Origin: Desulfobacterales bacterium
GTDB lineage: Bacteria > Desulfobacterota > Desulfobacteria > Desulfobacterales > UBA5852
Length of the DNA: 64,000 nucleotides
Assembly (NCBI GenBank): GCA_963674755.2
Contig: CAXXVS010000003.1
Coordinates: forward strand, 384,001-448,000
Direction: 5' to 3'
Shown here: in pieces, positions 59,753 to 64,000 of the stretch
How the letters are laid out: every line of letters starts with the position of its first letter
Position numbering within the stretch: the first letter of the stretch is position 1
Made by a program: the position numbers and the translations under genes
Notes under the pieces: model-generated
The model's input: the letters and a program-made list of their open reading frames with translations, nothing else
Databases searched by the model: none
What the model was told of the DNA's origin: nothing

Positions 59753-60928
59753 TCAGGCATTGGCCTGCCGGCGGTTGGCAAGCCGGGGAAGCAGCAGCCA
59801 CACCCCGAGAAGCACCCCGCCCGCTCCGGCCGCCAGAATGCCGATGATGCGGATTTTGTCAAACCAATCGAGCGAAATCAACCACATGGAAAAGGCGCCT
59901 AACATGAAATAGATAAAAATAAGCAGGGAGGATGCGGCGCCGGCATGGCGGTTCACCTGTTCCAAAACCAGGTTGTTGCTGGGGGGACGGCTGAGGCCTA
60001 AGCAGAAGGAAACGGTCGCCATGGGCAAGGTCAATCCCCAGGGACCTGGTATCCAACGTGTCAACATGACCAGGCCGCCGACCAGGACGCCGGCAAAACC
60101 GACCGTCATGAGGGCGCGTGACCCGATGTGGCCCAGCATCCTCGAGCAGGTTAAAGATCCCGCCATGATGGCGGCAGCATTCAACGCAAAATAATAGCCA
60201 AAGGTTTGCTCGGAAAGCCCCATGCGCGTGATGTAGATATCGGCCGACCCCGCGATGAAGGCGAAGTGCGGGAGAATAATAACCGACATTAAAAGGGCAT
60301 AGCCTATATACGGACGATTGCGGAAAAGCCCCAGGTAGATGCCGGCGGTTTGCAGCGTGCTTATGGATTGCCTTGTCGGCAACGTTTCCGGCATCCGCCA
60401 CACCCCGATCCAGGCCACGGTTGCCACCGCCGCCTGGGCAATGAAAATCCAGCGCCACGAAAACCACGTCAGGACCCAACCGCCGAAAACCGGCGCCAGC
60501 ATGGGGGCCAGGGCCAGGATCACGCCGATATAGGCCAGAATGCGTTCGCGTTCATGGCCATCATAGATGTCTTTGCTGATGGCCAGGGCCAGCGCGGATG
60601 CCGATGCCGCGCCCGCCGCCTGGAGCACCCGAAATACGATCAGCGCGATGGCGCTGCCAGCCAGGGCGCACAACATGCTGGCCAGAATAAAGAGACCGAT
60701 GCCGCCTAACAATAGGGGCCGACGTCCGAAACGGTCGGACAGCGGCCCGTAAAACAAGAGGGAAAAACAATAGCTGATAAAAAAGCAGACCAGGGTCAGG
60801 TTGATGATGGCCAATGGCTGCTGCCAGAGCTTAACCAATAACGGCAGGGCCGGCAGGTACATATCCGTGGAGAGGGGCGGGAAGGCCGAAAGGAGGGCCA
60901 GCAGGAACAGCATGCGTGTTTTGTTCAT
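59753..60928 (-). CDS. Bcr/CflA-family MFS efflux transporter
   Basis: PLSTDMYLPALP, GPLSDRFGRRP, APMLAPVFGG, SWRWIF, PETL. Confidence 0.92.
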   Translation of the reverse strand: MNKTRMLFLLALLSAFPPLSTDMYLPALPLLVKLWQQPLAIINLTLVCFFISYCFSLLFYGPLSDRFGRRPLLLGGIGLFILASMLCALAGSAIALIVFRVLQAAGAASASALALAISKDIYDGHERERILAYIGVILALAPMLAPVFGGWVLTWFSWRWIFIAQAAVATVAWIGVWRMPETLPTRQSISTLQTAGIYLGLFRNRPYIGYALLMSVIILPHFAFIAGSADIYITRMGLSEQTFGYYFALNAAAIMAGSLTCSRMLGHIGSRALMTVGFAGVLVGGLVMLTRWIPGPWGLTLPMATVSFCLGLSRPPSNNLVLEQVNRHAGAASSLLIFIYFMLGAFSMWLISLDWFDKIRIIGILAAGAGGVLLGVWLLLPRLANRRQANA

Positions 60929-61188
60929 GGCGAGTCGGCTAAGGACCTTTTCTTACGGTATTGCCGCATCATTTGTGAATCGACGGTCTGTCGTGAAATT
61001 CTCTGGATAACAGAATCGGATAACAACTTCAAATCCGCTGATCCGTTGAGGATGGGTTTCCATCGCTTGATCATGAAAGCGCGGCGTGTTAGCACATTCG
61101 AGTATTCCGGTGCCTGGTATCCGAAAAGCCATAAGGATATCTTCTGTGGCGCAAGAGGGCTGCGGCCGCAATACGAATGAGGGACGCT

Positions 61189-61680
61189 ATGGAAAAGGAT
61201 CGCCTCAAAATTGTTATCGCGGATTACGACGACGACGACCATCGCCGGGCTATCCCGCAGCTGCTAAATGCCTATGCCAGGAATCTGCTGGGGTTTCGCA
61301 AACCCCTGGAGGAGGCCGTGATCGAGCGTCTGGTGGCCGGTCTGGAGGCCTTTCCCACAGCCATTGTTTTGTTGGCACGGATGGACGACGCCTATGTCGG
61401 GATGGCGATTTGCTTTTTGGGCTTCTCGACTTTCAACGCCCGCCCCCTTATCAACATTCACGATTTCATGGTGTTGCCCGAATTTCGGCAGCGTGGCATC
61501 GGTACGGCCATCCTGGAGGCCGTAAAGCGTATCGCAAGAGAACGCGGATGCTGTAAGATGACCCTGGAAGTGCAGATGAAAAACGCGGCCGCCCGCCGGA
61601 TCTATCAATCCTTTGGATTCAAGGCCACCTTCCTGGATCCGGAGGCCGGGGAGCAGCTGTCCCTGACCAAGGCCCTGTGA
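61189..61680 (+). CDS. GNAT acetyltransferase
   Basis: NIHDFMVLPEFRQRGIG, CKMTLEV..N..ARRIYQSFGF. Confidence 0.9.
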   Translation: MEKDRLKIVIADYDDDDHRRAIPQLLNAYARNLLGFRKPLEEAVIERLVAGLEAFPTAIVLLARMDDAYVGMAICFLGFSTFNARPLINIHDFMVLPEFRQRGIGTAILEAVKRIARERGCCKMTLEVQMKNAAARRIYQSFGFKATFLDPEAGEQLSLTKAL

Positions 61681-61750
61681 CGGGACAACGGCGCCCGCGG
61701 ATAGACGAGCGGCAGTGAGGGCGTAAGATCCTCCTGTGTGTGAGACGATC

Positions 61751-62560
61751 GTGAACCGGGAAACCTTTTTCAAAGACGAGCGCCTGCCATTTGCCGAAGG
61801 CCGCTATTCCCAAGACAGCCGACGATTGTTCAAACCCCATATGCACCGGCGTTTCAGCATCGGCGCCGTTGATGCCGGCGACGTTATTTTCCGGGTGGCC
61901 GATCGGGAGATCTGCCTCCGCCCCGGCGCGCTGGCCCTCATCAATCCGGAAACCCTCCATTGCTGCAACCCCACAAAGGCAAGCGCCAGGAGCTACGGCA
62001 TGCTTTACCTGACCACGGACTGGTGCCTTCGGGTCCAGCAGTCCCTCTGGCAGACGGAGGCTTTTGTTCCGGTGGCGGACAGCCTTGTGAAAGACGAGGA
62101 TCTTTATCGCCGGTTCATGGATGCCATGACCTGCCTGATGGGGGCGACCCACTTGATGGCCAAAGAGCAGTCCCTGGCCGATCTGGCGGCCAGCCTGTTC
62201 CGGCGCTGCTGCCGGAACATCAAGGCCGTGACCGCATCGCCTCCGCCGATCACCCACCTCAAGCGCCGCCTGGCCGGCGATCTGGCGGAGGATCTGACCC
62301 TGACCGATCTGGCCGGGGAACTGGGTGCCAACCCGTACACCCTGCTACGCCGGTTCAAGCAGGTTGCCGGCATCACACCCCACGCCTACCGGATGAACTG
62401 CCGCATCGAGCAGGCCCGTGCCCTGCTGCAGGAGGGCATGGAAATCAGCGAGGTCGCGCTGGCCTGCGGTTTTTTCGACCAGAGCCATTTCCACCGCCAC
62501 TTCAAAACCATGACCACCGTGACGCCCCGGGAATACCAGCTCAATTTTATCCAATCATAA
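61751..62560 (+). CDS. AraC-family regulator with cupin N-terminal domain
   Basis: PHMH...LINPETLHC cupin; LLRRFKQ..GITPH, ACGFFDQSHFHRHFK. Start approximate. Confidence 0.92.
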   Translation: MNRETFFKDERLPFAEGRYSQDSRRLFKPHMHRRFSIGAVDAGDVIFRVADREICLRPGALALINPETLHCCNPTKASARSYGMLYLTTDWCLRVQQSLWQTEAFVPVADSLVKDEDLYRRFMDAMTCLMGATHLMAKEQSLADLAASLFRRCCRNIKAVTASPPPITHLKRRLAGDLAEDLTLTDLAGELGANPYTLLRRFKQVAGITPHAYRMNCRIEQARALLQEGMEISEVALACGFFDQSHFHRHFKTMTTVTPREYQLNFIQS

Positions 62561-62605
62561 TTCATTGCCGCCCCCTATACTCCACCCCTGAGAAAGGGGG
62601 TTTCC

Positions 62606-63214
62606 ATGGAGTTTCTACTGATTGCGTCGGCCCATTTCATGGCCCTGCTCAGCCCGGGGCCGGACTTTTTCCTCATCCTGCAGGCGGCCCTGCGGCTGCC
62701 GCTACGCTATGCGTTCCTGGTCTGCGCCGGCATTGCCGCGGCCAACGGGGTCTATCTGGTTGTGGCCGTTATGGGGCTGGAAACGGTGCGGGAGATGGGC
62801 GCATTGATGCTGGTGCTCAAATGGCTGGGCGGCGGATACCTGGTCTACGTGGGCCTCATGCTGCTGCGCGCCCCCCGGCGTTCCATAGACGCCGGGGCGC
62901 CGGTGAGCGCCCTGCACGTGCCGGGGGTGGGACGGCAGTTGATGGTGGGGTTTCTTTCGGCCATTTTCAATCCCAAAAACGCCATTTTCTACCTGTCCCT
63001 GTTTACGGTCATGGTTTCGGCCGAGACGCCCCTTGGGATTCGCATCCTGTATGCCTTGTGGATGGTCGCCGTGGTCCTGGTCTGGGACATGGGTGTTGCA
63101 GTGGCCTTCGGCCGTGAGCGGATGAAGCGGCTGCTGGACCGCTGGGTGTTCCGTATCGAAAAGGTGTCCGGACTGCTGCTGGCTTTTTTCGGCATCCTGC
63201 TGGCGGTGGATTAA
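62606..63214 (+). CDS. LysE/RhtB-family exporter
   Basis: LSPGPDF, LKWLGGGYLVYVG, NPKNAIFYLSLF. Confidence 0.92.
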   Translation: MEFLLIASAHFMALLSPGPDFFLILQAALRLPLRYAFLVCAGIAAANGVYLVVAVMGLETVREMGALMLVLKWLGGGYLVYVGLMLLRAPRRSIDAGAPVSALHVPGVGRQLMVGFLSAIFNPKNAIFYLSLFTVMVSAETPLGIRILYALWMVAVVLVWDMGVAVAFGRERMKRLLDRWVFRIEKVSGLLLAFFGILLAVD

Positions 63215-63554
63215 TCGGGTCCGGCTGTTCTCATGGGGGAAACAGTGTCCTGGACTTAAAGGATAGACGGAGGATGTCATCCTGTGGCGGGTATTTTAGG
63301 GATAGGCAGGGAAAGTGCGATTGCCTTCTATGATGGCGCCGGCATCCGCGAGGCCTGCAGAGAGGTTTCGCAATGGGGTACATTGCCGGGCAAATAGGTG
63401 CTCAGAATTAAAGCGCGCAGGAAGGGCCGACGAACGGGTTTGGCCATCGGGTTGCAAGGCCAAGGACGAGTCGACCAGGGGGGGGGCAGCACCACTCCAT
63501 AAGGTTTACCAGTGCTCAGGGCGCCGGCAATACCTGGGGAGAAGGCCGCCGCGC

Positions 63555-64000
63555 CTACCAGATGCGGCACAGAAGCCCTTTCAGATAATGGCCTTCGGGG
63601 AAACTCAAAGACGTGGGATGATCGGCGGCCTGACCCATACGCCGGATAATCTGGGCGTCGCGTCCGGCATCCAGGGCGGCATCCGCCACGATTTTCTGGA
63701 AGAGACCGGGCTCCATCAGGCCGGAACAGGAAAAGGTGAATAGATAGCCGCCGGCGCGCAACAGCTTGATAGCCAGCAGATTGATATCCTTGTAGCCGCG
63801 GCTGGCGCGATCCAGCTGCTGGCGGGAATCGGCAAACTTGGGCGGATCGAGAACGACGACATCGAACTCCCGGGCGGCATCACGAAAAGAGCGCAATTGT
63901 TTAAAGACATCCGCTTGCAGATAGGTCACCTGCTCCGAGTCCAGGTTGTTGAGCGCCATGTTCTGCCGGGCGATATCCAGGACGGCGGCCGAGATGTCGA
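63555..64000 (-). CDS. rlmI: RlmI-like SAM-dependent rRNA methyltransferase, 5' end outside window
   Basis: [38 protein letters not shown]; frame open to the window end. Confidence 0.85.
   Translation of the reverse strand, partial: DISAAVLDIARQNMALNNLDSEQVTYLQADVFKQLRSFRDAAREFDVVVLDPPKFADSRQQLDRASRGYKDINLLAIKLLRAGGYLFTFSCSGLMEPGLFQKIVADAALDAGRDAQIIRRMGQAADHPTSLSFPEGHYLKGLLCRIW

Noticed and set aside
61960..63117. 385-aa alternative-frame ORF spanning araC and lysE
   Set aside because: Low-complexity Pro/Gly/Arg-rich translation overlapping two clear genes.
63215..63554. 340-nt gap between convergent lysE and rlmI-like genes with small ORFs (63315-63743, 63328-63570)
   Set aside because: No coding signature, repeat or known RNA motif; a sRNA cannot be excluded but is unsupported.
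1..64000. CRISPR arrays, tRNA/rRNA genes, IS/integrase/phage genes, defence systems, selenocysteine read-through
   Set aside because: None seen by eye: no periodic repeats, no tRNA/rRNA signatures, no mobile-element proteins, and TGA-terminated genes appear full length.

Overview
GC-rich, gene-dense bacterial chromosomal segment. Gene content suggests a deltaproteobacterial, Desulfobacterales-like anaerobe (inference). I see no mobile elements, CRISPR arrays, tRNA/rRNA genes or defence systems. In order: partial PBP1A; uspA plus a TAXI-TRAP transporter downstream of a two-component system (DctB-like sensor, NarL/UvrY-type regulator); dksA-PHP-rnc-radical SAM operon; DUF4126-like protein; cobalamin riboswitch-cobT; dpp/opp ABC operon; a large Mrp/Mnh Na+/H+ antiporter operon with three MrpD/A-like subunits, two small membrane proteins (one 42 aa, missing from the ORF track) and a cNMP-domain gene; panC-metK-ahcY; nadK; liv ABC operon 1; APC permease; pncA-pncB; mntP; putA with liv-type ABC operon 2 and a GntR/FadR regulator; Mth938-like, DUF4392, ABM, HDAC-family, lactate-permease-like, Bcr/CflA MFS, GNAT, AraC-LysE genes; partial RlmI-like gene. 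Best candidates for new biology: (1) a GntR/FadR proline regulon defined by a shared palindrome AATGGT-N3-ACCATT at both the putA and gntR promoters; (2) a DctB-type sensor on a HisKA_3/NarL output with candidate operators in front of the TAXI-TRAP; (3) a probable ATC start codon for panC; (4) accessory microproteins in the Mrp operon. All calls come from motif recognition by eye; no searches were run.
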